DNA of 64,000 bases from the human T2T-CHM13v2.0 reference genome, Homo sapiens, in the NCBI RefSeq assembly GCF_009914755.1, contig NC_060925.1; one strand, 5' to 3'. Under the pieces are notes generated by a model. The model had not been told where the DNA came from, did no database searches, and saw nothing but the letters and a program-made list of their open reading frames with translations. Below, piece after piece: positions 1 to 15,444 of the stretch (within the stretch, counting starts at the first letter, position 1; every line of letters begins with the position of its first letter). Both the position numbers and the translations under genes were made by a program.

Positions 1-307
1 GGTATAGATTGCAGTCCAGATCTGAAGGCCTGAGAAGCAGGGGTAGCAACGGCAGGGGAAGATCCATATCCCAGCTAAAGTAGTCAGAGATCACATATTC
101 AACCTTCTTCTACATTTTTGTTCTGTTTATACCCTGAACAGATTGGATGCAGTCCACGCACAGTGGGGAGGGCCATCTGCTTGACTCAGTTCACCAATTC
201 AAATGCTAATCTTTTCCAGAAACACCCTAACAGATATATCTAGAAATAATATTTATCTGGGCATCCCATGGCCCAGTCAAGTTGACACATAAAATTAACT
301 GTTGCCA
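1..307 (-). mobile_element. ERVL LTR fragment, MLT2-type (runs off window start)
   Basis: Reverse complement resembles the MLT2 5' end (...TTAATTTTATGTGTCAACTTGACTGGGCCATGGGATGCCCAGAT...); recognised from memory of the consensus. Confidence 0.7.
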
Positions 308-493
308 TAATCCAGTGGGGAGAAAATGGTGCCTGAACATGAGCAGTGGTTGGGTGGCTGGAAGGAAGGAGATGGATTGAGAACTCTCTAGCAGCCACAG
401 TTGGCAGAACTTGGTGCTAATCAGAGGTGGGGGTGAGAAAAATGAGTCTAAGACAACTGATGATTTTGGTTGGATGACTGGTGGTCACATTAA

Positions 494-835
<342 letters not shown>

Positions 836-1225
836 GAGACCCTTTCTTGTGCATTGCCATGGTGAAAATACCAGCCTGGTATTACCATTTCTTTCAAAGC
901 GTTGCTAACATCTCTGAAAATCCTAGCACACTCCCTTCAGTGGTCCCCTGTACTCCCTTGCCTGAGGGATCTCCCTGCCTACATGCCATGCCTCCTTATT
1001 TCGCCCATGGGCCCCAGAGGGGTACAGCAGCCATCAGTGAGGTACTGGTTCTTTCTCCCTGGGCTTATAGTCCCACTGTGTTGAGTACCTTGTCTTCCTC
1101 TGTTCGGGTCACCTCCCTGTGCCACAAACATCTACCTTCCAGGAAAGGATCACAAACTGTAGGACTGAAGACTAGATTTCAACCCATAGATGTCTATGAT
1201 TTGGCCTGCTCTGTGTATGTGTGTG

Positions 1226-1227
<2 letters not shown>

Positions 1228-1264
<37 letters not shown>
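1228..1264. repeat. (CA)n microsatellite
   Basis: Uninterrupted AC run, ~18 units. Confidence 0.97.
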
Positions 1265-1266
<2 letters not shown>

Positions 1267-1715
1267 AAATGTAAATGCCTTTGAAGGAGGGACCAGGCTC
1301 TCTGGTATGTCATGTTCCCTCAACCCTTCTGGTTGCCTCACCTTTGGCCTGCTTTGCTCATTTCCCTTCATGCCTGACAGCCACAGGCTTCTGTATATCT
1401 AAGCCCCACTGGAAGGAAAGATGTAGGGGGTCTGGTCCACCAAGGGGCAGCATCTGGACCAACAGGGCACTGGCTTTCTTCCTTGTCACATCTTTCTCAT
1501 CCTTGCTCACAGCAGGATGAGCGCTTGGAGAGATGGCTGGCTTCCTACAGAAGGTTACCAAAAGACCAAGCTATCTTCCCTTGAAAATAAAACCCAATTG
1601 CCTGTATATTAGATTGAACTATATAAAATTGTCCATGTTCAACTTTGCCCTATAAAGATGACAATTTCACATGATTCAACCTATTAACATGGCCCTGGCT
1701 TAGTCGCTAGTAGGA

Positions 1716-2158
<443 letters not shown>

Positions 2159-2824
2159 CTACAGCCAGACTGATAATTGTCCTCTAGCACATCCCTCGGC
2201 CAGCCATGAGAAAGGCTCAAAGAGCCTTCTGCTGAACTCCTTACCACATTATCCATCGATGGTAGAAGCTTCCTGGCTTTCCAAGCAGGGTCTCAAAGAG
2301 AAGTCTGAGGAACCCAGAACTTCCATGTGACTGCAATTACTTCATGCATTGAATTGAGTCAATAAAAAACAGCTTCCATCACAACAAAAAAAAAATGTGT
2401 GTTAAATACCAATATGCCTGTGGTACCATCCTAGGCATATTACAAAAGTATTACCTTGTGGGAATTAGCAATCTGGAATTTGCAATTCTCTCTCCACCCA
2501 ATCCCTTGAAAAGCCATATGTGGCATTAGAGAAATTCATAACAAACTGGAAAATGTCAAAGATGTGGCCCTGGACATTTACTGAAGCGTATATGCCACAA
2601 CAAAGTGTACACTTTGGGGTAGTTAAACAAATTTCTATAGCCATACATGACAGTTAAGTGATACACAGCTTTGAGAGCCATAACTCCTCTGCATTTCTTA
2701 CTAACTCTAGAAATCTAACATATCCATTAATGTATTTTTCTTTTTGCTTTTACTGTGCAGATTTAAAGAACAAAATAAATAGGTAAATATATTTTCAGAA
2801 TAAAAAAGAAAACATCCCGTATTA

Positions 2825-2960
2825 CTTTTGGGGGTGATGAAAATGTTCTAAAATTAGATTATGTTAGTGGTTGCTCAACTCTGTAAATATACTAAAAGGC
2901 ACTGAGTATATTTTAAGCAAGTGAGTTTTGTGGTATGTATATCTCAATAAAGCTTTTCTT
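2825..2960 (+). mobile_element. old L1 (L1MC/L1ME) 3' end fragment
   Basis: TTTTGGGGGTGATGAAAATGTTCTAAAATTAGAT...TATATCTCAATAAAGC, typical old L1 3' terminus. Confidence 0.65.
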
Positions 2961-3516
2961 AAAAATAATATTGCTAGAGTGAAAAAATAACCGAAATATT
3001 CCCACCACTTTCAGAATCCACAGCCCGAATGTCTCAGCAGAGAAGCTGGGTGTGCTGTGTATGTATGTAGCTTATGATGCTGTCCCTGGGACGTGAGTTG
3101 TTTGCTCAGATGGCATTGACAGGGGTGCCACGTGATGGGGTAAGTGGGCAGTCCGTTGCTATAAGCAAGAGGCGGGCTGGGAGTAGCTCTGCAGATCTGG
3201 TGGCAAAATGAAAGAAAGGAGTTTTCCCTGTTAGGAAAGAAATGCAGAAGCAGCTGTCCACAGACAGCCCAATGCAGAGAACAAACCTGCCTGGGAAGCA
3301 GCTGAGGCAGGGCACATGCTCCTGGAAGGAAACAGAGAGATATGTGTGCTCCTTTACTCGCTAGCCTTTCCCGTCACCCTCTCCCCAGGCTCCTGGCACC
3401 TTGGAACAGCGTGAGCTTTCCTAGGGCTCCTCTCGACTTGCTTGATGTAGAATTAATTTAATTAGTTTCAGAGGGATCCATCATGGTGGCTGTGTTGCCT
3501 AGGTTAAAAGAAACTC

Positions 3517-3555
3517 TGTGTGTGTGTGTGCGCGCGCGCGTGCATGCATATATAT
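3517..3555. repeat. (TG)7(CG)5-TGCATGCATATAT alternating purine-pyrimidine tract
   Basis: Read directly from the sequence. Confidence 0.9.
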
Positions 3556-6500
3556 TTTGCCTTCGTGTATGCAAAAGCACCTTGAGACAATATCCTCCTT
3601 CTAACTTGGGATTGCTGGACTGTTATTGGAGTCCTAGGGCTTGACAAATTGGCAGAGACTTGGAAATTCTGAAACAGTTTAAGGAAAATGCTTACAATGA
3701 TGAAGGAACCAAGAAATAAGTCTCTGGGGCTCAATTCCCTGCTCTGTAGTACATGTTCTCAAACCTTCCTTTCAAGCATTGCATGGCTACCATGGGCCAT
3801 GTGCAGTGTTAGTGCTACAGAAGACGCAGATGTCAATACAACCCGGGGAACGGGGTCAGACAGATCCCCAAAGACTTCAATACACCCCACCGCAAGACAG
3901 TTACAAATAAAGTGCTGGGTCTCAGAAGCCAAGGAAAGCATGTGCAGTTGTTGGGAAGGCTATGAAAGGCTTCATGAACAAGCAGCACTGAGAGCTGTAT
4001 AACATTTTTACAGGTGGGAGTGAGGTGGATTTCCTGGAGGAAGAATCAATGTGATCACAACCATGAGGGCAGGGAAAGGACAGCAATTGAGCCCCTTAGG
4101 TTGGAGGATAAGGAATTAGCAGAAAATGGTCCTGAAAAGGTGACTATGGCAGTAAATGCCAAGCACAGGTGTCCCTATTGAATTCCGCAGGCCACGGACA
4201 AGCCTCTGGTGGGTTCCACACTGGGGCTAATTCCAAGATTGGGGTTCCACATTGGGGCTAATATCCATCCTTCTGCTAAGGATGCCTACCACCCTTGGCT
4301 GGAGGGGGACAGCCAAATTCCTGCTCTGGTTTTAACTCAGTGAGCTTCAACACATCAATGTGGAGAAGGTACTTCGTATGAGGCACTCTACAAGTGGGAA
4401 TAAAGATGAAATAGTGTATGTCTTTAAAAATCCTTGCAGTTTGGGAACAAGGAAGAAGGGCAAAGAGGAGATTAGACAACGACATGTAGAACCATACATC
4501 GTATGAGTGGTAAAAGGAGCATCACAAGAGTCTTGACAAAGTGCTCAGACCTCCTTAATTGGGGTTCCTGCCAGCTTCTCAAGAATGGGAACCAGGCTTT
4601 CTTCATCTCTGCATGGTCTGGTAGCTCAGTGCCTGGCACTTGGTAGACATTCATTAAATGAATGAATGTATGCATCAGTGAATGAATGAATAAACAAACA
4701 AATGAACAATTCTCCTGTCACGCAGGATCTGCTGAAGATGGCGGCTGTAAGTTCACAGAGCACTGCCTAACTTTGGTTCATATTGTTCCTCTCTTCTCCT
4801 ACCTGTATTTTGCTCACCTCAATACCAGCCCACACTGTTTTCCTGGACTGTGATTCTTTCAGTGATCACAGAGTCTGTGCTGCATAATTTAAGTGTCCCT
4901 ATTCCTTGCAGCTGCTTCCTGTGTGCTAGTCATGTAAACGCCCTTCTTAAATGATTGCATCCCTCACAATACTTAGAATATATTGACTGTTGATTGGTTG
5001 GAAAATAATCCCGTACAGGCGGAGGGGGCAGAAACTGACATCATGGAGTGTCAGGCACGGTGCTGGTGCTATGCATACACTCAACAAGGGCCTGGGTAAT
5101 GCAACATGGAGAAGGGAAAACTGGGGGGCAGAACAATTTTGTCGTCTGAAAGCCTTTCACAGAGAGGCCCTGAACCCATAGCTCTCCTTCTCTGAGGACA
5201 GAAAAGGAGGAAGTGTGTCTGTCCTGCAGTATGTGGGATGGATAGATGGATGCGAAATTAAGCACTGAAGTGGGTTGCTTGGAGAGGCAATGACTGCCCC
5301 CTGCCCTCACCTGAAAATCCTTAAAGACAGAAGGGATCATCCGCCCAGGAAGCTGAGGCTGCAGGATAAGCTGGCCTTTTCCTGAACAGTGACAGTTGGA
5401 GCGTTCACCCTCACTGTCCTTGTCAGAGTTACAGGCAAGAAAGGAGAATCCTTTTGGATAAAGTGTCTTAAAGGAACTGTTGATTTACCCTTTTGCTTTA
5501 TGGTCTCCTGATGTAGTGAGCAAGGTTCAGGGAGATTAGCTAACTGCAGGCAGACTGATCTTCCTGTGCAGAGAAATAAGGTAGATTCTCATTATCTTCC
5601 AGCTCATTTTCCCAAGAATTATGTATTCTCCGGCCAGAAAACGACCTCCAAACCTCCAAACCTTTTCAACTACACGCAGCAAAAAGCTAATACAATGCCT
5701 TCTGCATTTGACTGTACGTCTCCTGCAGTGATTAATGCTGCCTCCCTAACTACATTGTCCGGAGCAAGTGTCAAGCCCAATTATTTCTCTAGGATCTCCT
5801 GATAGTAAATGCTCAGCAAATATACAGACGAATAACACCTAATCATACACAATAATCTTAGAGTACTTTCCCCATACATTTCCTAACTTAATCCTTACAA
5901 CAACCCTGTGAAGTTATTAACTCCCATTTTCCAGTTAAGGAAACTGATGCTCAGCAAAGTTAACTGGCACATCCAGTATCATACAGCCAGTAAGAAAGAA
6001 TTCTGTTCAGTACGCCTTACTGATTAAATGAACTATGTGGCCTGAAGAAAAAGTGTCAGCTCAGTCTTTCCCCATCACGCATCTTATTCCATGGAGTAAC
6101 CTGCATTATATTTCAGGGTCAGGCACACTAAGTTTGCGCTTTAGTATATGGTGAATAAATGGATGGACACAGTGGCGGCTCTGTATAAGTCAGCTGAAAG
6201 CAAACAAAGGGAAGGCAGAATCTTTCATTCACACGATTTATCCGCGCCCACTGGGTGCACTACGGTCGGGCATTGGCGACCCAGGAGCGACTGACCTGCC
6301 CTCATGGGGCTTACGGTCCTTAGCAAAAAACAGATGTAAAACAACTAATATTACAGTAAATGAATCATAATTTTGTGAGATGCTCCTGAAAGTATGTAGC
6401 AGGACGCTCCGCTCTGGTCCGAATGAAGAGCCATTTGCACTCAGTGTGGAAAGGCTAGCCTTTTTCTGGGCAAAAGAAGCGGGGGATACATTTAGATAGG

Positions 6501-6719
6501 CAGAAGTTCCGAGCAGAAGTCAAGGCAAATTAAAAAGGCAACAGGAGGAGGGAAAATGCTTCTCACAAACAGAACTTGACCTAGGGGACCGCAACTCTCC
6601 AGTCCTGCTGCTTGGCTGCCTACCTACCTAAGAAAAGCAGGAAAGAAAAAGAGAAGACGGGGTGGGGGATGGAGGACAAATACAGAAAAAGAAAAAAGAG
6701 CGAAGGAAGTGAGAAGTGA

Positions 6720-7860
6720 GAGGCCAGTTTATGTAAGCGGGCAGGGCGGCGCGGCCGGCAGGAGACCGGCGCCGGCGCCGAGGGAGTTAAGCGGACGGGC
6801 CCGGTATGGAAGAGGTTAAGGGGGGCAGTCCGGAGCGGGTCCGGTAGGGGCCGCCTACTGGGCGGGGGCGGGGCCGCGCCGAGCGAGCGCTGGGATTGGC
6901 CGTCGGGCAGGCGCTACGCTAGGACGGTACCAACAGCCGGGGGCCTCGGAGGCGGGGGGGTGGGTGTGGGACTGCCGCTCTGCGCGGCGAGAGGTGGCCT
7001 GGGAATGGCCGGGCCGGGGGTGGGCCGGAGCCGCTGTGGCGGCGGCGGCGGCTGGGGGCGGTGAGCGCGGCGTGGGGCTGCCCCTCCCCGGAGGCGGCGG
7101 GGGCGGCCGGGGCCGCGCCGCACCGCACCGCGCGGGCGGCCATGGAGCGAGCCTAGGGCCCGACAGGTGAGTGGCGCGGGGGCGGGGGAGGGCGCGCGAC
7201 CCCCGCCCCCGGCGCGGCGGGCGGGAAAATGCGGACCGGCACGCGGGCGGGGCACGGTACGTAGCGCGCGCCGGGCTGGGGCCGCCTGGGGGCGGGGCGC
7301 CTCCCTGAGGGGCCGGGCACCGGGTGCCCTGAGCCGTCCCCGAGTGGCTGCGGGCGGGTCCCGGGCGAGGGCCCGAGGCTTCCTGGGAGACCCGCTCGGG
7401 CCGCGTGTCCCTGTGTGCGGTCGCGGCTGAAGTGACGCGGCCTCGGCCGCCACCTCCCTGGCCCACCTGAGGCGCGGGCCCACCTGGGGCCGCCTCAGGC
7501 TGCCAGAGGTCCTTCTAGTGACCGTCTCTCGTCCCCTTGCGCGGTCCCCAGAGGCGATTGGCCCCGGTGCCTCTCTTGTGTTCCCCGGAGCGCCCGTTGA
7601 GGCAGCCCAGGGAGCGCGCCCTCGCGGGGTCTTTGCTGGGCCCGCCTCGTGGCCGGGAAGCGCGAGTGACCTGCAGGCCGGAGGCGGAAGGCGGGGCAAC
7701 CGTGCCCGGGGCCCGCGGTCTCCTGGGGTCCTGCGCCGGGCGCTCGCAGAAGGGCACAACTTAACGAATGCTGTGTTAGCCCTCAGTGGGCTGCGCTTGA
7801 GATTTCATTTCCGGGTGTGACGGCCCCGCGATTAAGAGCGGACCGATACGTTTCCCTTAA
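6720..7860 (+). promoter_or_regulatory. FAM20B: CpG island / promoter of FAM20B
   Basis: Very high GC and CpG density, multiple GGGGCGGG GC boxes, no obvious TATA box; contains donor CAG|GTGAGT at 7166/7167. Confidence 0.92.
6900..7166 (+). other. FAM20B: FAM20B non-coding exon 1 (5' boundary/TSS approximate)
   Basis: Consensus donor CAG|GTGAGT inside the CpG island; the coding exon at 24740 starts with an acceptor and 133 nt of UTR, so an upstream exon is needed. Confidence 0.8.
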
Positions 7861-9176
7861 TGATGAATGTGAATAGTTGTCGAGCTGCGTCCTTGATTGT
7901 GGGTTCTGATAAGAGATTCATTCTAATCTGACTTCTGTTAACCTGCCAGTCTCCGGATAAGAAGAGAAGGGGTAGAAGGATGGATTGGAGGGAAAGTAGG
8001 GGTAACAGGGCTTGGTTAGTCTTAATGGAATTATTAGTCCTTTTAAAGACCATACCATCATTGGGATGGATAAGGAGTTTCTAATTTGGGAAAATGAGAG
8101 TTGCTTGCTATTGCGACTTGGGTCTAGTGCCAGATATCAGCATCTTCCCCACCCAGCCAGCTTCCCTCTGGAGGTTTGATTTCTCACTTGGAAGGGAAGT
8201 AGGAATGTGGGGTTTTTTTTAGCCTTTAGCCTTTAAACTGTAGGACTTTATAAATCTATAATCTGGTACAAATTACGATTGCCATTTATTAGCCACGCCT
8301 ATGTTTTTTGCGTTGTAAATTCTTGCAAAAATTTCACTGGCGTTGGTTTCTAAAAATCTGGTTAGAGATCTCAGTGTTCTTATGTATTACAAACATTCCT
8401 TGAGTTTATGCAGGATCTTTGAGCTAAGCTTAGAGCACTTCCTCAAATATGATTCGTTATCACGACTGTCTGAGAAACTGAGGTACAAATGGTAAAGATG
8501 CTAAATTATTTGCCCAGACTCATAGCCAATCTCAGGGAGATTTAAAATCAATGTATTCTATTAATAACTTTTCTAAAGTTTGCAAAGATGTTGGACTTTG
8601 GCCTCTCGAACCGTACAATGGAATCAGTCAGCAGGAGTCCCTTTCCCATTTGAAATTACTTATCAAAGGAGAATACAAAGGCACACACAAGTATAATTCA
8701 GACTCTCAGCCTCACTCATGATAAAGTGCAGTGATAAATATGGATACAGGTAAAAGATGATCAAGACATCTTGGAGTTCACAGCGTTTCTTTTCTGTGTG
8801 GTGAAAATGTGACATTGGTATGCTCTATTCGTTTCTCTAGAACTGGTAGGACAGTAGCTATGTTTTGGTGAATGAATGGAAACTAGAAAACACATACACT
8901 GCTTTTCTTTTTGGTTCTTAAGATTAGAGAAAAAACACATCACTGCTTCTATCATCTTTATTTTTATAATCTTTTATATCATGGAAGTATTTTATGTTAA
9001 ATTGATAATTCCTTGACTTTTAGTTCATTCCCTTGATTTCCATTTGTAGATTCCAGCCCTTTCACACAGCCTTAAAGTTTCTGCTTCTTATTTCTTCTGA
9101 ATTTTAAATTCCTAAATGAAACTTTCTGTTCCTTCAGTTTTAGGGCAGACTTCAGCTTCCCACACTTTGTGTGTCT

Positions 9177-9230
9177 ATCATTTCATTGGTGTAAAACCCT
9201 AAAATCATTTCATTAGTGTAAAACCCTAAA
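9177..9230. repeat. 27-bp tandem duplication (1 mismatch)
   Basis: ATCATTTCATT(G/A)GTGTAAAACCCTAAA x2. Confidence 0.9.
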
Positions 9231-9369
9231 GCCAGATACTTCAGCTGTTGAATTGATAACTTTTTAAAATAGCTAACCACAGAGGTTGTCTTTTGGTGAT
9301 TGCCACAATCTCATAACAGAAGCAGGAGGGCGTTCTTTGTATTCTGTAAGAATACATAAAAAGACAGTT

Positions 9370-9706
<337 letters not shown>

Positions 9707-12700
9707 TTAGTCCTTCTGGGACTAAGTGCCAGGTGGTTTTGTGGATTGGGATGGGGAACACAGTTACAATGAGGCCCTACAGTTTGTTGTAATTGTTACA
9801 GTAATCTGTGTATCTGTGTATTTTTCTCTCTGCACCTGACAGTGCCTGTATGTAGAAGGTGCACAATAAATATTCGTCAGTTGAATGAATAAATGGAAAA
9901 CAGTATGAGGGAAGGGGAAATATTCTAATGTATATACTAAATTATTTAGTTCCTCTTTTTGTCAAAAGAAAAAAAAAGCGTAGAAAATGTGTTTCGGATT
10001 ACTGTTCAAAATATTCTGTAGAGGTGTGTTATTTGCTTCTGTGATTATATGGTGTTCTAAACCACCTGGAGCCTGGCAGTAGCCTGTGCAGGTTCCAGTC
10101 AAGTGCAGCTTCACAACCTTGCTCCTACAGTCTGTTCTGGCTAGGCTAATTGGGCAGTTGGATTGATAGCCAGTGTTTTTGCATTAATAGAAGAACTTAG
10201 AGCTCTTGGCAATGGCCATGTCAATAGCATTGACCTGACTGCCCTTGTCCCTTATTTTGACGGTGGAAGAGGGGAGTTATCCCTTTTTAAGAGTACTTCT
10301 CCAGCAGTTCCTTCTTCTACACCTACATATATCTTCCTGTTTTCCTTCAGCTGTCTCTGTAACCCCAAGTACTAATGAATTCTTTAACATAGGCCTGGGC
10401 TGCAGAACAGAAGCTTACTTTGCTATTGAAACCAGCTTCTGACTAACTTACAATGTCAGCATGACTGCTCGAGCTGCCTAGAAGAGAAAATAATGCAAAG
10501 ATCTCACTTCTGATTTGGTCTTTCTTACCAAAAACAAAAGAAGAAATGCCTAGCTTGGGATGTAAAGAATCTACATGACAGATGGGTGCGTCTGTCATCC
10601 CAGTGTGAGATAAGAGAAAAATGTAAGCTGATGCAGAAGAGACCTTGAGCTTTGGTGTGTGTTTAAGGTCTGTACTTTCTGGCAAGATAACCCCTTTAGA
10701 GAAGAGGGTGCTAACTTGGGCACGTTATAAAGGCAGGTCAAGGAATATGAAATTATGAATGTGTAAAGAGGACAGAACCAAGTACAGAGGGAGGCAGTGA
10801 AGTCTATCATTCCATGCTCTCAAATGTTAACTTTCTGCTTTATATACATAGCAATGCCTCATTTACCTAATGTTGGGGAGTAAGGTATTATATGTGAAAA
10901 TTTTATTTTAGCTATACCTTTTGTGGAAAAATTTTTACAATATATGCTTTGGTTATTATTACTAGCATACTGGCAGTAGTTGAGTGAGGCTATGAGATGA
11001 TCGAAAAATGTAGTTTGTTGTCCACTGTGCTTTTTGAATTATTGAATCTACTTGAGTCGATTCAGTAGTCAGTCTTTGTCTTCTTTCAGTGGTGGAAAGC
11101 TGCTCTTTTGCTGCTGTTAGTATCCTTGCTGCCCTCTTTTAAATTTGCAGCTTCTTATCTGTGGAGTAGGAGCTTCCTGACATTGAATGTAAAACAGCTA
11201 AATTGGCTTAGTTATGTTCTACCTGCTCTTCTCCAAGTTTTAGGGTATGAACTTTGTAACCACTTATTTTTGTTGCCCAGGGACGTTTTTGTTTGTTTGT
11301 TTCTTATCGTTGGTGTAGATAGTGAACGTGTGCTCTGTATAGGTGCATTTATGTTCCTGTAGTTTTCTGTAAAAAAAAAAACAAAATAATATGGAAGTAC
11401 TTACTCGTGTGGGTTCTTGTTTCAGAAAGCACTGCCAATAATACTTGAAGATCTGATTTCAGCCCTGTCTTGTATCATCCTTGGGCAGTGTGTTAGACAA
11501 CCTCCTTTCTTCCTTTTAGCATTTCCAAATTGTCTTTACTCTTAATCCCAGCCGATACTAGGAACCAGGTTGGCAATAGCAGTGGCCTTGAAAGGTGGAA
11601 GCAGGATATACAGAAGGTGGCAACTTTAAATTGAGTGTATATAATTGGTATACATATTCGCTATTTCTGCATCTTTTATATACTGTATACTTGAATTCAT
11701 TGTAGGACTTATTTCCCCCTGTCTCTGAAAGAGGCAGTCTTTAAACCAGAGAGTTGCCAGTTTAGAAGAAATTCTTATAACCCTAAAGGTCTTTCTCCTT
11801 TGCCCTTCTCTCCTTTTATTCCACAAACACTTATCAGATGCCTCTTACAGGCCCTGCACAGTGCTAAGTTACTTGGAAGTACAAAGCGTGAGTAAAATCT
11901 ATCCCATCCTCAAAAAACACAATATATTAGAAGAGACAGATGTGCCAAAAAAAAAAAAAAATGTGTGTGTGTGTGTTTGTGTGTGTGTGAGTTCATAGTA
12001 TAACAGAGGGATCATGCCTGGAGCCACCTAGCCATAATTTCAGCACAGATCTGTTTGAGGTTCTCCTGCTTCTGAAAGTGATCTCCTGTGTGGGCTGTCA
12101 GCTTGACGTACCATAGAACATAAGGCTAAAAATGCGAGGTCTATTGTTGTATAAAGTTTATGTGGTTTTCCAAGAACTGTAGTGAATTGAACACTAAAGA
12201 TGGAAAGCATATGAAAAGCTGAAGGAAAATGTTATAATATTTGTAATGCCGTATTTCAACACTATACAGGAATTACCTTCTATAATCTAGCCTTAAATGG
12301 TGGTTCTGTACTGACAGTTGTGCTGTGAAATACCTGGAACTTGGGAAGTGTCATTATACCTGGCTTATTTAAAGGAAAATGCAAATTGTTACTCATTTCC
12401 ACGTAGTGTCAAGATTACTGCGTGTGTTGGTTTTTTAGAACAGAACTCGCTAGCAGTATGAGCTAAAGTTTTTTTCTTTTTCATTTTTCAAGGAAGAGGG
12501 TTGCCCTAAATCAAGGTTTAAATGGGACAGGTTGCAGAGATTGATTTTTTTTCAGTTCACTTATTGAAATTATTCAGTTATTGCCTATTTCATTTTTACT
12601 TTCACATCCAGCAAGAAAGACTACCTTAATGCTTCATTAATGCCTGGTAATGGTTTTAGTTGCCTTCCTTCAGAGGGAACTTGTTAGAGAATTTCATATA

Positions 12701-13381
12701 AGTGATTCTGAGTTTACAGATGTAAATAAATGTTTAAATGGAAGTGAAAACAGTAAGGAAAACCTGACACTTGGACCAATTTGGATTATGTAAGAATTAG
12801 ATTTTCTACACCTGTACTCTTAAGTTACTCTTAAGGCTTATCTTAAGGGCTTTAGCACATGAAAAGCTGTCATCTTTAAAACACAGAACTAATTTTCCAA
12901 ACTGAAAACAGTTGTGAAAGGCATTCTATTTTAGCCTTTTTTTGTGAAGTGGGATAAGTTCATGCTTCCCATCTGTTTCAGTTACATTGAGTGTGGTAGA
13001 ATTGAACTTTGTAGAGAAGGGAAACAGGTTGGCCAAATTAGTGACAGCCTCCCAGTCTTCTGCTTTGCATGACACTCACTCTGAAGATATCTATTTGCCT
13101 AGTCTTATCTACCTCTCAAATTTAGGCAAGAATTTGGCTCAGAAATACAAGACTACTAATTACTACTAAACTCTTAGTAATGCAATGTGTGGATTTGGCC
13201 CCTCACTATGTAACTGAGAAGACAACATTATGGTATATTGATTCCAATGAGGGTTTTCTTTGTCATTTTTCTCCTCTCTGGAGGTCATCTGGGTTTTTGA
13301 TATGGTGATAATGACTAGCAAGTGATTACTGTGGGTCATCCAGGCACTAATCTTAGCACAACACATGTAGAGATCTCATTC

Positions 13382-13488
13382 TTTTTTTTTTTTTTTTTTT
13401 GAGACAGGATCTTGCTCTGTCACCCAGGCTGGAATGCAGTGGCATGATCTTGATTCACTGCAGCCTCAGCCTCCCGAGTAGCTGGCTC
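13382..13488 (-). mobile_element. truncated Alu (right-arm part), followed by a MIR fragment
   Basis: Poly-T + GAGACAGGATCTTGCTCTGTCACCCAGGCTGG; MIR core GAAACTGAGACCCAGAGAGG at ~13550. Confidence 0.8.
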
Positions 13489-14715
13489 ATTCATTTTTAA
13501 CAACCCTGTGAGTTAGGTAATAGTATTCTTGTTTCATTTTTTTATATGCAGAAACTGAGACCCAGAGAGGTCAGAAGTTAAATATCTTTCCCAAGACCCA
13601 CATTAGGTGGTAAAGGAAGCATCCAGGCCTAGGCATTCTGAATCCAGAGGACATGCTTTTAACCCCTCTGCTACAGAAAGCTTATATTTAAAATAAGAAG
13701 GTGAATTAAGAAGCTATTTCTTAAGTGGATAATTAGCACAGAAAAGAAGAAAAAATATCTATAGATACTGATTAATGCTATTACTTAGTATTAGTTTTTA
13801 TTTTTAGTTGAAGACCCTCATGTGAAGATGAAAGGAAGAATAGCATGCTGTTGTGGCAGGCAGCAAAGCAGGAGTGGGCTGGTTTTCCCAGGGTACTCAG
13901 CATTTACTGAGATAATAAACATGTAATGCTGTTTAATATTGGAGGTTTTGACTTTCTGGACATCTTGACTGTCACACAATACTAAAAGACTTCTGAATGC
14001 TCTTAATTTTACTTATCACTGCCACTAACCATCAGTAGAGACATTTATTTCTAGGGAACGGGGTGTAAACTCATAACAGTTAATAATAATATGCACAGTG
14101 CCCTACTGTCACTGCTAGTGAAAAATCAAAAGGGCAGTATACCAGACAGCCCACGGTAAAAGCGTGTGTGTGTCTAACTTTTTTTGCACTAAAAGATGTG
14201 ATTTTTGCTATTTATGTTTTGGCTGAAGTACAAAAGTTAGGCTTTATAAACCGGACATGTGTCAGTGTGTGAATGTGTGAGGTTAGCCTTGATTGCTCTG
14301 CATAAGTCTAAGTAGGGCTCTGAAGTATGCAAGTGGATTTTAGTAAATGATCCAGTTGAGAATCTATTTCTTCTTGTGGTACCTTTAAGAGACTTTGTTA
14401 ATTATGTATCTTTCTAAATATATACAATGAAAACAGAAAAATATAAATGACATGTAACTTTTATAATGAGTGTATTGCTCCTAGAAGCCATTAATAATAA
14501 TTTACAAATATGACCTAACAATTTATCAAACCAATTTTTATTTGCACTTAATGGTTAATTTAGTGATTACTCCCTCCCTGAGATAATTGTTTTTAGTCAC
14601 GTAATTTATTTCCCTATGTCTTCTCCCCTGGTATTTTTACTATCCCCAAAAGGAGTTGATAGGAGCAGAACAGATGTGAGAATGTTGGGTTTTACAAACT
14701 ACCTCAAAATAATAG

Positions 14716-15052
<337 letters not shown>

Positions 15053-15444
15053 TGTTATTTCTTATAATTATATAGGTCATCTGGTCTCACGTGTTCCTGC
15101 TCAAATGGTATAGGCTGGGGTCACAACAGTGACTACATTCTGCCAGACCACAACTGGGACTGGAATGTCCTTGAAAGTGTCATCTTCATGTCTGGCACTT
15201 CACCTGGGGTGACCAGGATAGCCAAGGGTTGGCTGGACCTCTCTCCATATAGATCACTTGGCATTTGGTAGTCTTAGCTTGAGCTTCTTTACATGGTAGC
15301 TAGATCCCGTGAAAGTGGAAGCTGCCAGGTCTCTTAAGACCAGGGCCCAGAACTGGCACACAGTCATTTCCACAACATTCTATTGTCAAAACAAGTTACA
15401 AAGCCAGCCCAGATTTAAGGGGAGGAAAAACAGACTCCACCTCT

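Noticed and set aside
6855-7820. Long ORFs on both strands in the FAM20B CpG island (203 aa and 281 aa on -, 100 aa on +)
   Set aside because: Low-complexity Pro/Arg/Gly/Ala translations, mostly non-ATG starts; expected from stop-codon scarcity in GC-rich DNA
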